Positions 51,901 to 63,100 of a stretch of DNA of 64,000 bases are shown here, piece by piece. Source of the stretch: Marsupella aquatica (lineage: Eukaryota; Plantae; Marchantiophyta). The stretch is from NCBI GenBank assembly GCA_973895155.1, contig OZ316899.1, positions 6,203,241-6,267,240 on the forward strand, in the 5' to 3' direction. A program made the position numbers and the translations under genes. How positions within the stretch are numbered: position 1 is the stretch's first letter; every line of letters starts with the position of its first letter. The notes under the pieces are model-generated. The model made no database searches and was not told the origin of the DNA. It was given only the letters and a program-made list of their open reading frames with translations.

Positions 51901-53599
51901 CGCCAAGATGAATCAGATGGAGTCTGTCATCATTGCAGAGCTCGACAAGGAGCTAAGAGCAACCCGGGAGGAGAGGACTACCTTGAAAAAAGAACGGGAG
52001 GAAGCCCAGAAGGAACTAGAGGAGACGCGCAAGGACCTGGATTAGACCCAGGAGGAGTTGGAGGAAATCACGAGGAAGATGGAGAACCTCCAGCGGCGGG
52101 CCGACAACCAAATGGAGCGGCTGAAGAAACAAGCCGCAGTATTTAAGTGCTTGTCTTCATCAGGCCCAACTCCAATTGGGGCAACCAAGTTACCAGGAGT
52201 GGTACTGGCCGAAGAAAAAGCCGTGCCACCTGCACCAGTGCCGAAAGTAAGTGGGAAGGGGAAGGGACCAGCTGCCGAACCAGAAAAGAAGAAGAAGTGG
52301 AAACCTTCAGGGTCAAGGAGTAATCTGACTCCACAAGCCGTGGTGACCAAGGAGGTAGACCCAGCACCATCCTCCGGCATGAATACGGCAATAGATCCCG
52401 CTATCATCACAGGTGGGGGTGGTGCGGCCCAAGCCGAACTACTCAGTAATGAGGCCGGTATCCCAGATCCGCCTCTTGAGCAGGCCGGGGAGACCATAGC
52501 CGAGGCTGAGGCCGTAGCCGAGAATGATTCCCGAGCCGATGCCGACGCCGATGGTGGACCCAGTCAGGCCGATGGAGAGTTGACTCAGTCAAGGGCAGGT
52601 AATCTGTCAGAAAACGAACCTACGGCAGTGGCTGAGGAGGAAGCGTTGGGGGCGTCCATTGAGGATCCACCATCGGTGTCGTGACGGTGCAAGGGCGTCG
52701 TTCCTTTTAGGAAGGGCGGACGTGGAGGGAGGAGGCATGAGTGGGCAGGGCGGGCGCTGATCTCCAAGTTTAGGATTAGGATCAGGACCAGGAGCGGCCC
52801 TGACACTTAGCTTAGTGGGATTGCGGTTCCACTGGTAGGAGCAACACTTGTGCTCCTGCCTTGCTGTACATAGGTAGATCCGGGCAAGTAGATTACTGTT
52901 AGGTAGATTAGGCTTACGCTGCAAAGAATTAGGCGGATCCACTACCAGGATAAGTACCTGGGCAGCGGGGAGCTCAGGGCCTCTTCTTTAGCAAGTTTTT
53001 AGTTTGCACCAGCCGGGCTGGGATCAAGTAGTAAGAGAAGCTCTCGGTTAGTCATACAGTGACCCTTGTGTATATTCATGTTTCCTCATGCCTAAGAACT
53101 GAATAGAGTTGGTCTCACGGATTAGTTCGCAGAGCTTGTGTATGAGATGTACTGTTTGTATGGCAAGTGCATGGTATGACTCAGTCAGAAGGAGTCATTT
53201 TGCTATTTGTGTGTCGCATTAACTTGTGTGAAGAGTGCCCACATCAACCAGAAGGAAGGAAAGTAAGCAGGGGAGTGAGAGTTGGATGTGTCGAGCTGAG
53301 AGAGGTCTTAGCGGCTTAACCAAGCCTATTGGGGATCATTCTGGCGGCGGAATCCAAACATACCTAACAAGATGGAGGGGAAGACGAGGGAAGGCCTAGA
53401 TTAGGCCGGCTACGTATCTCATGACCCGATGAAGGATCTGTCTAGTATATGTGTGTAAAATGTTAATAGTAATAGTAGAAGGTTAGGAGCGTCCCATGCC
53501 GCTAAGCCGTGGAAACGGCCTCGCCAAGCGCGAAACCTGCGGGAATCGGCTTGAGCTGGGGGGGTTTCTTGGGTTTAGGGAGCCATGGGATGCACCACA
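48928..53599 (+). mobile_element. Solo-LTR-like unit, copy 2 (4,672 bp)
   Basis: TGTGATGC...GCACCACA termini; TSD ATCGG at 48923-48927 and 53600-53604; excision restores the Sola2-like reading frame. Confidence 0.94.
49307..52684 (+). pseudogene. Long accessory ORF inside solo-LTR copy 2 (1125 codons, 3 in-frame TAG stops, no frameshift)
   Basis: ORFs 49307-51103, 51254-51613, 51620-52045 and 52058-52684 share one frame; the stops are at different positions from those in copy 1. Confidence 0.88.
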
Positions 53600-53650
53600 A
53601 TCGGCATCTTCCCTATGTCTATAGGTAACATGGATTAACAATGTCACTTG

Positions 53651-53801
53651 TGTTATAACCCAAGGTTAAGTCTACCATTAACCAAGGTTAAACCTCCACC
53701 TCTAGGCAGTTACACTAACATCCTTAGTAACTACCTCTTGTATAAAGTCTTTCCCTATGAATGAGAAGATTGGTCATTTTCCATGTTGTGGTGTTTCAAC
53801 A
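53651..53801 (+). repeat. 5' LTR (~151 bp) of a Ty1/Copia Bianca-type element
   Basis: TGTTATAA...TTTCAACA, with a TATAAA box, immediately followed by CGTTATCAACACGA; begins exactly where the Sola2-like frame ends. Confidence 0.75.
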
Positions 53802-53815
53802 CGTTATCAACACGA
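53802..53815 (+). promoter_or_regulatory. Bianca-type primer-binding site
   Basis: (ACA)CGTTATCAACACGA, one mismatch from the ACACGTTATCAGCACGA motif of Bianca elements. Confidence 0.7.
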
Positions 53816-54293
53816 GGCTCGCCATTTTTTTAAGGACATTCTACACGGTAGAACATATAGAGGATTGTGATTCAGGATCAATTTGGGGAGAATTGAGGTT
53901 GCAAATTAGAGCAAGGAAGGAACAATCAAAGTTGAAGAATTGGAAAGAATTGAATCTCAAGTTGATATACACCACAATTTCCATTTCTAAGACCCATAGT
54001 GACCAACCTAGAAACGGTTATAGGATCAGACAGTACAACATCCAACATTCTGATTTGAGCAGATTCTGCCCGATAAGGAGAAATTAATCAAGCGGAAATG
54101 GAGATGGAGTATAACGACCCACAATTCAATCAGATAAAGGCCCTCACTCAATTTCCCTATCGTCTTCTTTCTCCAAGATTGGAATTCAGAGAAAAATACA
54201 CACATAACTTGCAATTTTATAATCCTCATTTGAGGCCTGGACCACAAATTCCTACTGTTTAAATTGTGAACCATTGAGATCTGTACTCACGCT

Positions 54294-54992
54294 ATGGCTA
54301 CTAACACAATCGAAAAGCTACATTTCCAAGCACTAAAGATAGACGGATCCAACTATCTTTCATGGTCCTTAGACACTGAGGCACATCTGACCTCCAAAAA
54401 CCTCTAGGAAGCAATTTTAACAGATAACGGCCCCACCCTGCAACAGAAGGCCCAAGCTCTCATACTAATCAGACACCACCTGGCGGAGCCACTCAAACGG
54501 CAGTACATGAATGAGTACAACCCACGCCTCCTATGGGACGAATTGCATTCCCGATTTGACCACACGTGCACAATTTTCCTTCCTGCAGCCAGACACGACT
54601 GGGTCAACCTCCGTGTGCAAGACCACAAGACCATAGCAGCTTACAACAACGAATTGTTCCAAATTGTATCCCAATTGGCAATCTGTGGACAGCCGGTGGG
54701 AGACGAGGAACAAATAAAAAAAATGTTGTCGACATTCCATTCATCCAACCTTATCCTATCTACTCAGTACCGGAATATGCGTTTTACAAAGTACTCTGAA
54801 CTAATCGCACACATGTTATTGGCAGAGAAACATCAATTGCTACTGCTACAAAATACCAAAGTAAGGCCACCCGACACACTTCCACAGCAACCATAGGCTG
54901 AAACGCACTTCACAGTTCAGCCAAGAGCATATGACACCCTTTTCCGTGGGCGTGGAGGCAGAAGGGGAGGAGGTACCTTTCGAGGCCGGGAG
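54294..54992 (+). pseudogene. gag: Copia (Bianca lineage) gag with stops, truncated at ~54992
   Basis: KLHFQALKIDGSNYLSWSLD..LPAARHDWVNLRVQD..YNNELFQIVSQL..LSTFHSSNLILSTQYR..YSELIAHMLLAE followed by an RGG-rich tract. Confidence 0.88.
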
Positions 54993-57739
54993 TGTCGCAA
55001 CCATATCTGGTACCCGTCACTGATATCAGATATCAGTCGAAGATATCAGTTCGGGATTGGAGGCATCTCAGCAAGGCTGCGGAGAGGGAGGATAGACAAC
55101 GTCACGAGTACATTTCATGTATACATTCACATATTTGCGCCAAAAAGATCCAGCTTTATTTCCTTGACCGTAAATAAGTTCCGGTTGCACACAGACTAAC
55201 CTCAAGTTACAACTATGGAAAATTCCATATTACTCTAAGCTAATCTCATCGTGAGGCCCCACTATTCTCTAAGCTAATCTCACCGTGGGGCCCCACTATT
55301 AACATTCCTCCCGCTTGTGTTCCCGAACTCTGCTTCTCAAGAGTTATCATTTTACGGGGAACCAACTTTCTTCTCCCAATCGCGACATCTTTCTCTTGGA
55401 TAATGCTCTCGATCAAATTTTGAACGTTTATCCGCAGATCAATTGCCCTGGAATAAATTCCGAATCTTAGAAACAACCACATCCCTGACAATTCCTACAA
55501 TTCAAAGCAAAATGAACTTAAACATACCGCTTTGGTGGAATGAAACCGATATGTCCATCACAATCATTTCAAAATTCAGCATCCGCAGCATTTCTTGGTG
55601 GAGGCCAAAGATCGTCCTCCTTTTGTCCAGCTACCGCAATCTCTTGCCCATTTTGCAGACTCTCTATTGCTTCCCATTTGCGAGATTTGTATTGCAAGCT
55701 TAGGATGAAGTTCCTCTATGCATCAACTCCACAACTCGTAACTTGAATTCTCTAAATGCAACAATGAAGTTCCTCTCCGCATGAACTCCACTATGACACA
55801 TGACATGAATTCTTATGAATTGTCTTGGCATCCACGAAGGTCAGTCGCCCCCCAAAACCCATCCTCTTTTGAATTTGACAGCTTGTCAGATTTAGGGCCG
55901 ACAAATGAACTTTTCAAATCACAAACTCATGCCAAAAAACGGGCCATGTCGTTTTCAAGTTTTTAAATTCCCGTACGGAAAGCGACTCCATTTCTATCAT
56001 TACCAAACAGCGACCCTCGCTGAAAAGGCTGTTTGCTCCACAATGAAAAGAAAGGTCATTGGGATTGAGAGATTTTCTATATACGGATAGTAATGATTTG
56101 AAAATGACATTCGCATCGCGGAGGGAATCGATACTTTGTCGAGAAAATATACACCGCTCAGCAAGGGTCGCCGAGATTAACGTCAATGGAATTGATATTT
56201 TCTATGTACGGAAAGTGGTTGACATGCTATAGGAAAGTTCCACTAAAGAAGTGGAATTCCTTTCGAGTGAGATATTATCGCTGCAAACAACACAATTGAA
56301 GACAACAGGCGATAGTCAGGTTCTACAAAAGGAATGGTAACTTTTATTCAGTCAAACATATTCAAACATCTTGTGTTCCATGCTACAACAAGAAGCACAG
56401 TGGGCTTAACTGCGGAGAGAAACTTCACTTTCAAACGAGGATGCGAACACAATCATTCAGCACTCTCTCAACACATGAGGAAACGATTTGGAGCAAAGCA
56501 AAACTACCAAAACCTTTGGAACTAAGTTGATGATTCACATTCGTCATTCAATCCCGCAGGTGCTCGCTTGAAGCAATGGTGAAAGCCAATTTTCTGTTGC
56601 TTCACATAGCGCGCACTCGAGAGGACATCACGGGGCGAAGAAGAGGAGAGTTTCATATATTTGAGTCAACAAAATCAACACGACCAAAATATTCCTGAAC
56701 TCGTAATGCCACCTCCCGATCACTGATCTCCACTCTGTTTTCAGGAGATACCTGATGGATACAGAACCTCTCGGCAAATGGTCTCGGGGGTGAATTCGGT
56801 AGCCATGGAATCTTCCTCTCCCCGGGACTCATTCCTTCATCGGCCGCTAGCAGATGTCGATTTCAAATCGCAGAAGTTTTGGTTTCTTGTGACTCATCGT
56901 AAAAAATAGAGGACGAACTTCCAGTGTCTAGTCGAATGACTCTTGCTCGGGCTCCTCTTTGACTTTCTTCTTGTCTCGGATGCTCAATCTGGAATGGGAG
57001 ATTAGCCTCCTTGCTACTCGGACGATCCATTGCAAGGTAAGCAACTCGTTGAGAATCGGACCATCAACTCTCTAGAAATGTACTTTGTCTCTCCAAGACT
57101 GAAAGCTTGCCCCCCATGTGAAGACTGTCCAAGAACTTGAGTCTTTAAAGTAAATTTACCGCTTCTCTCTTCCTCCAAGAACTTGGGATATCCCCGGATA
57201 CAGACGATGATTATTGAAGTTCTGGACAGATTTGAATTTTTAGTTAGACGGTCAGCAAGGCTCGTTGAGCAGAGTCAAGTCTCGTCGATCCTCAGATCCT
57301 CAATCATGATTCAAGACCTCGACACATGTGAATTTTTGGTTATAGAATCAGTGAGGCTGGGTGATGCAGAGTCAAGTGTGCGCGCATTCATCCTTAGGAA
57401 TTTTGGTTATTGAGTCAGCGAGGCTTGCTGAGGAGAGGGAAGTGTCGCCGATTGGTTCTCAATAATGATTCAGTACCTCGGGACATCTGAATTCAGTTAG
57501 AGAGTCAGCGAGGTGCGCTGACCACATTGACATTGGGTCGAGTATTGATGGTGAATTTAATGATTTCACGTGTGAGAGGAATGATGGCGCATTGCCCCAT
57601 TCAATGAGGTCTGTTGCGACATGGACGATTGCAATATGTGGATGTGGACGAGGGATCGTGTGTAGATATGCTGTATCCATTTATTTCTCTTGATCGTCCC
57701 CTTTGTGGGACGGGAAGTAGCAATGAGTGGACGGTCAAT

Positions 57740-58100
57740 CGTCCGAGCGTGGAACGGGAAGTACAATGATATGATGCCTGACCATAAAATAGCGTTCGGC
57801 AAGGCTCGCTGAACCCTTGTGGAGACATGAATTATGAATGAGTGAAGACAAGAAATCCTCCGAGCGTGTGAACGACAAGGACAATGATATGATGGCTGAT
57901 CGTACAAATCATGGCGGGAAATTATTTGGCGGTCTTGCTTGACCGTACAATCGCTTTTGGCGAGGCTCGCTGAGCCCTTGTGGAGACGTGAATTACGAAT
58001 GAGTGAAGACAAGAAATCCTCCAAGCGTGTGAACGACAAGTACAATGATATGACGGCTGACCGTACAAATTGTGTCGGGAAGTTATTTGGTGGTCTTGCT
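57740..58100. repeat. ~161-bp tandem duplication upstream of an F-box-like ORF
   Basis: GAGTGAAGACAAGAAATCCTCC at 57840 and 58001, plus a partial third unit. Confidence 0.8.
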
Positions 58101-58259
58101 CAATTGATTGCGAAAGGGGGCATGATCTATTTGAAAGCAATTTAATTTGACCTCTTTGGCGGCGATTGGATTTGAGGATGTCAGAGATAGTGTTGAGGAT
58201 GATTCCAGGAAAACAAGGAGAGCGTTTAGACAAGACTGTGCATCGTCAGATCTTTGAAG

Positions 58260-58823
58260 ATGGCTTTTCCTGAGGAAATTTCCGATGAGACAATGTCAAA
58301 AATTATGAGTGCTGCTTATTGGGAGAAACGTTTATTGAATGGAAGATGGGCGAGGGATCGCATCAGAGCTTACATTGAGGCGGAGGAGACAGAGGATGGA
58401 GTTGTGGTTAGGGAGAAGCCCGGACCTTTGTTACCTGGTCTTCCAATTGAAATTGTTGAACGGAGAATTTTACCGCTCATTCTTAAACCGGTTTTCAGCC
58501 TATCAATACTTGGCAAACTCAAGAGGGAGAAAGCATTTGCTACAATGCAGGCTGTCCAACTCTTAAGCAAGTTATGGAATCATCTTGTGAGTTATACTTA
58601 TGAATGGGCTGTTTTCCGGTTAGTAAGGCACGACCATCAAGAAGGGTGGGTGATGATCATGAACTGGCCGAGGAGAGTCTCACCTCTGACTGAAATGTCA
58701 AGGATGATGGACCTCCTGCCTGATCCGACATCTTTCATGAATTTCCCAAACTCTATGGGTGTCTTGCAAGATAAAGAGCTCTGGATATGGCGTGCATTTC
58801 TCAATGTGTGCGGTAAGTTTTGA
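58260..58823 (+). CDS. F-box-like protein, intronless
   Basis: PLLPGLPIEIVERRILPLI...AVQLLSKLWNHLV..Y.W is a plant F-box-type LPGLP....I..L / V.K.W..L signature with an insertion. Confidence 0.55.
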   Translation: MAFPEEISDETMSKIMSAAYWEKRLLNGRWARDRIRAYIEAEETEDGVVVREKPGPLLPGLPIEIVERRILPLILKPVFSLSILGKLKREKAFATMQAVQLLSKLWNHLVSYTYEWAVFRLVRHDHQEGWVMIMNWPRRVSPLTEMSRMMDLLPDPTSFMNFPNSMGVLQDKELWIWRAFLNVCGKF

Positions 58824-59256
58824 CGGGAAGGTCAATCATTGCATTTCGGGAAAGTTGGTGAGTCCGAAATCTGTTACCATTGTCTCTTTTATCCTCGGAG
58901 TATTGCTGATCTTCATCCCCCTGCGGGACACGAAACTCAATCCGACTTGGAAGGAGAGGGAGTTGCAGAAGGACCCGACGGCAAAGATGTTTAGATGATA
59001 TTGCTAGGCGTGAGAGCAGTCCGTTTGTGGGCTTACATTCGTAGTAACTTTTGTTTTGAACTCCGAAGATTGCGAGAATTTTCATGAAGAAGTACTTTTA
59101 TTGTCTGAATTTGCGAAATACAAAAATGCTATTCAAATTTGGCCAAAACATAGAGCGCCCTACATCTCCTGATTGATTTCATAGTCTACTTGCAAAGGCA
59201 AATTGACGCCGAGTATGAAACTATTGAACCTAAGTACTAACATGTCTATTCGAATG

Positions 59257-59847
59257 TCAACAAATGACGGAACTGCTTGAACCCACATTACGTACATATT
59301 CAACCCCGAGATCATAGTAAAAGTTATCCATACAAGTCTTCTTCCAAGTCTTGACTCTCTTGCCTTCAATAGGAAAAATGTCGAGGTACTCATCGACCTT
59401 GTTGGACTCACAGAACAACCAAGCATTGAGCCGATGCATGAGCACGCTCGAGGGTAGCTGACTCCATATATCAATTGGCGGAAAAGCTTTGACCGTTTCT
59501 CCATAGAAGTAAGGGGTATCATAAGGCCATCTCCTCTCATACCATATCACCGCTGAAACCATTGCTGCCCACGGTTTAGAGTTGGTCGCCAAATGTCTCC
59601 ATTTCCTATTGATATGCGCACTCGTCCGAACTGTCTCTGCGATGATTTTCAATCCAGAATCATCAACATTCACTACATCTTCGAGGATCCATAGGACTTT
59701 TGGCCAAATATGCAACTCAACAAGATCATCCGGTAGACCAAGAATCAGCGGACCTGGAGGAGGCCAACATCGGAGCGGATAACGAGATACCGGTGGATTC
59801 CATATCCTTGCACGCTGCTCATGTTCTCTTGGAAGAATCGTCTGCAA
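59257..59847 (-). CDS. F-box-like protein, intronless, convergent with the previous ORF; start codon uncertain
   Basis: PLILGLPDDLVELHIWPKV...TSAHINRKWRHLATNSKPW. Confidence 0.55.
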   Translation of the reverse strand: MQTILPREHEQRARIWNPPVSRYPLRCWPPPGPLILGLPDDLVELHIWPKVLWILEDVVNVDDSGLKIIAETVRTSAHINRKWRHLATNSKPWAAMVSAVIWYERRWPYDTPYFYGETVKAFPPIDIWSQLPSSVLMHRLNAWLFCESNKVDEYLDIFPIEGKRVKTWKKTCMDNFYYDLGVEYVRNVGSSSSVIC

Positions 59848-60187
59848 TTCTAATCAAAGTTTCTGTCGGGTATTATCGATCTCTCGTCTCTTCTTCTCCA
59901 CAGCATCCATTTGTAAGAGAGTCCCGTTGTTCCAAATGTCGATTGTGAAATAGTAACCAAGTATCTGAGCCTCATGACTCTCAATGAGTCTCCTCCAAAG
60001 CAAGCGACATTCAGAGTGACATTCAGAAATGAATGCACGAGGGATAAGTACGGGTCCGCAACGTCACTCATTAAAATCCCATACGATGTCTCGCTGACAG
60101 TGACAAAATCCAGGCAAGAGCTCGGCAAGGCTCGCTGAAGGAATTCTCAATAAAATTCAGCGACCCCTCTGAGTATGAATTGTGTGC

Positions 60188-63100
60188 CTAAACATCTCTT
60201 GTCCAACGGACGGATGATAGTAGAGTAGACACCTCACTCATAGTCAAAATGGGCTGATGAATTAAATCATTTCGATCCAAGTCGCAGCCACAGAGTTTCC
60301 AAAAGCACCAGTAGAGATGTTTGCATGGGTAGTAGGGTCCCGAAGAGGACTCCCGCATTGTGAAATCAATACAAGAACAAGAGATAAAGACACAAATCTG
60401 AACAAGATGGATCCCTTGTGTCCGCTGACTCTGTCGAGTCGAGACTGTTGTGCGGAGTCCTATGGCATTCCCATCTCGAACCCGAAGTACTGAATTGCAG
60501 GACATCACTTCTTTCTTTGCTAAATTCATCCTTTTTCGACCATCAGTTGAGGGGACTCCTCTTCAACGCCGAGTGTGCCCATTCCTGGTCTTTAGTCTCT
60601 CATCTAGATACGAGTGATGAATGTGTTTGGGATAACTATCAAGGTTAATCACAACATCACCGGGAGTGACTGGAAAGTTCAAGATTTGATCGAATGGTTG
60701 CCAGTGAGCATTTCGTGCTAAAGGTAGAACTCGAACCCCATTTTGTTGTAGGAAATCGATCTCCTCTTTCGCTAGGGATGTTCCGCGAATGACTAGGATG
60801 ACCTCTGGGAGTGGGGGGAGGCTTCTTGTGGCATTTGGCTGTCCAGACTTTTGGCAACATTTGTTGTTCAAACAGAACCAATATGGAAATGGGCAGGTGT
60901 GGAATTTGCTTGTACCTGTGAAGCAAAGCGCAACAACCCCACGTCCAGGTTGAGGAAGTCCCACTCGTCGAATGAAGGTACCGCACACACCTCATTCCTT
61001 ACCTCTATATGCACCTCGACATCCAGGACTTGAACCAATTGTCGAAGTGCGACGGATATGCCAGGTATGCGGTTGGACATCCACCTCAATTACCACAAGA
61101 GCGGAATGTGGACGTTCCCTGGGAGTCCCTGGTCAACCAGTCGTGTTCTCAAGAATGTCCACATCTGAATCTCCTCCACGGACATCTGTCTGAGGTCTGG
61201 TTCTCGTCTGTGGAGGAGTGTCAAGAATCTTGACGGAATCTGCATCAGCAGTTGTGTGATTGATGCTGGTTTGACGCTTCAACGGGGTTGGATCTGGAAT
61301 GAATCTCTTTTGACAATGCAAGGGGGTGAGCTCTGCTCCATTGAGAGCATCTTCAAACGTCTTCTGTTTGAATGGGCTCTCAGGAATGTGAACAATTTCA
61401 ACATCCGAATCAATCGGTCGAATTTGATTGGATCCGCTTAACCTTCTTGACCCCGAGTCACTCCAATGTCGATATTGGATTCAGGTAGTGGACTATGGAG
61501 GATGTGGATAGGTGGACAGGACTTGACCTGGTTTGCCATTTGGAGGGGGTGACCTTAGGTTCTGGATTGTCAGTTTCAAGACGCTGATTATAGATATCTA
61601 GCTGCGTTGGTGTCATCTCAAACTGAGATGGGCCCGAGTCAGTGGACCTGCTTGATAGTCTGCGCAAAGGCCACTCATCAACGTCAGATGGCCTGGATGA
61701 ATTCAGATCGATTACTTGGGGAGACTTTGGAGGTTTGAGAATCTCGACATTTGCCAATGGATCCTTTTCACTGATGTCAGTCGACCTCCTTGAAAGTCTA
61801 TGCAAAGGCCTCTCCTCAACGTCAGATGGGCCGGATGAATTCAGATCGATGATTGGAGATGACTTTGGAGTTTCAAGAATCTTGACGTTTGCCAATGGGT
61901 CCTTTTCACTGATGTTAGTCGACCTCCTTGAAAGTCTGCGCAAAGGCCTCTCCTCAACATCTGATGGGCCGGATGAATTCAGATCGATGACTGGAGATGA
62001 CACCGGAAGTGGAGTTTTCAAGTTTGTGCTTGAAACTCCTTTGTATCTTTGTTTTTTACGTGTTGTCACAAGGAGTACGTCGGGGCGGTGAGAATCTTCT
62101 ACAACAATTGCCCTTCCACGGACAGAACCGCGCGGAACCCTTCGTGTGGTGAAATCACCTGGTTCCTCTTGGGAGTATGGGCACATAGATGGTTTGATCA
62201 TTGTTTTGTTGAGGGCTGGGAAGAAATTTTCCACCTTTCCAGACAACCTTGCATGTTGAATTTCAAGTTCAAAGAAACTTGGACCTCGCCCTTTCCTCCC
62301 ATGGTCTCGATAGTTCAGATAGACACCAATCTAACACCTTGCTCTAAGTGCATCCAGTGTGCATGATTCCACAAGCCCAATTTTCTTGTTCGGTGACCAA
62401 CGCCTCATGACGGCGTGTATTGACTCTACATCGCTTTGGTTTGGCATAAGTGCCAACTCCTCTTAATTCATTTCCTACAAGAGAACCATGGAACGATTAC
62501 ATCAGTCAATTGTCCCCTACTTCTCATCCATTCAAATGATGAAAATATGACCGCAAACTTACCAGACGCAAGAAGTTGCCCCACTGGGACCATCGAACCA
62601 CCCACCAAGAGAGCCAACTTGTCAAGTGCTTTACTTGGTTGGGAATTGCATTCCCTTTGGCCCACCAATCCTTGATCTTTTCAAAAGTTTGAAAAGCAAT
62701 AACAACGTTTCCGGCATCTCTCAATTCCTCCAATAATTGCTTGTGCTTGATTCTTTTTGATTTGAGTATCGCTCTCCAAGTCATCAGCTCCACAGATTGA
62801 GCCTAGTGAAAAGCGTCTGATCGCTCTCGCTTTTTGTTAACCTTACCATCCCAAAAGATATTCCTAATAGCGGTCCACCCTGCTTGTGCGTTATCAGCTA
62901 TAAAGCCATGGAATTGAAGGAATTCAATGCCATGAGCCTGACAAACCCTCTTACATACTCTCCAAGCAGTTTCAAGAGCCACAGTATCTTCTGATTGTAA
63001 CTCGCAGATGAAAATGGTGGAGAGGGCTTGCAATTTATGATCATACACATGCGCCAACATAGTCAACCAGTCCTCTTCACTCCTGTGCATTACATCGGAC

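Larger units (their letters stand above)
47604..53650 (-). pseudogene. Sola2-like DDE transposase, 3' part, split by solo-LTR copy 2 and cut at 53650 by a Copia insertion
   Basis: QVTLLIHVTYRH (53605-53650) joins in frame to YHFYISDD..HDTLFVQHC..WVWSDGDASQFK..FFHASGHGKG (48587-48922), then intron, DALGGHIKT, R.LSCFCVAC. Confidence 0.8.

Noticed and set aside
54993-55192. Short LTR or TIR element starting TGTCGCAACC and ending GGTTGCACACA
   Set aside because: It is a real junction in the Bianca gag, but no GGGAG TSD, PBS or resumption of gag was found, so the boundaries are unsupported.
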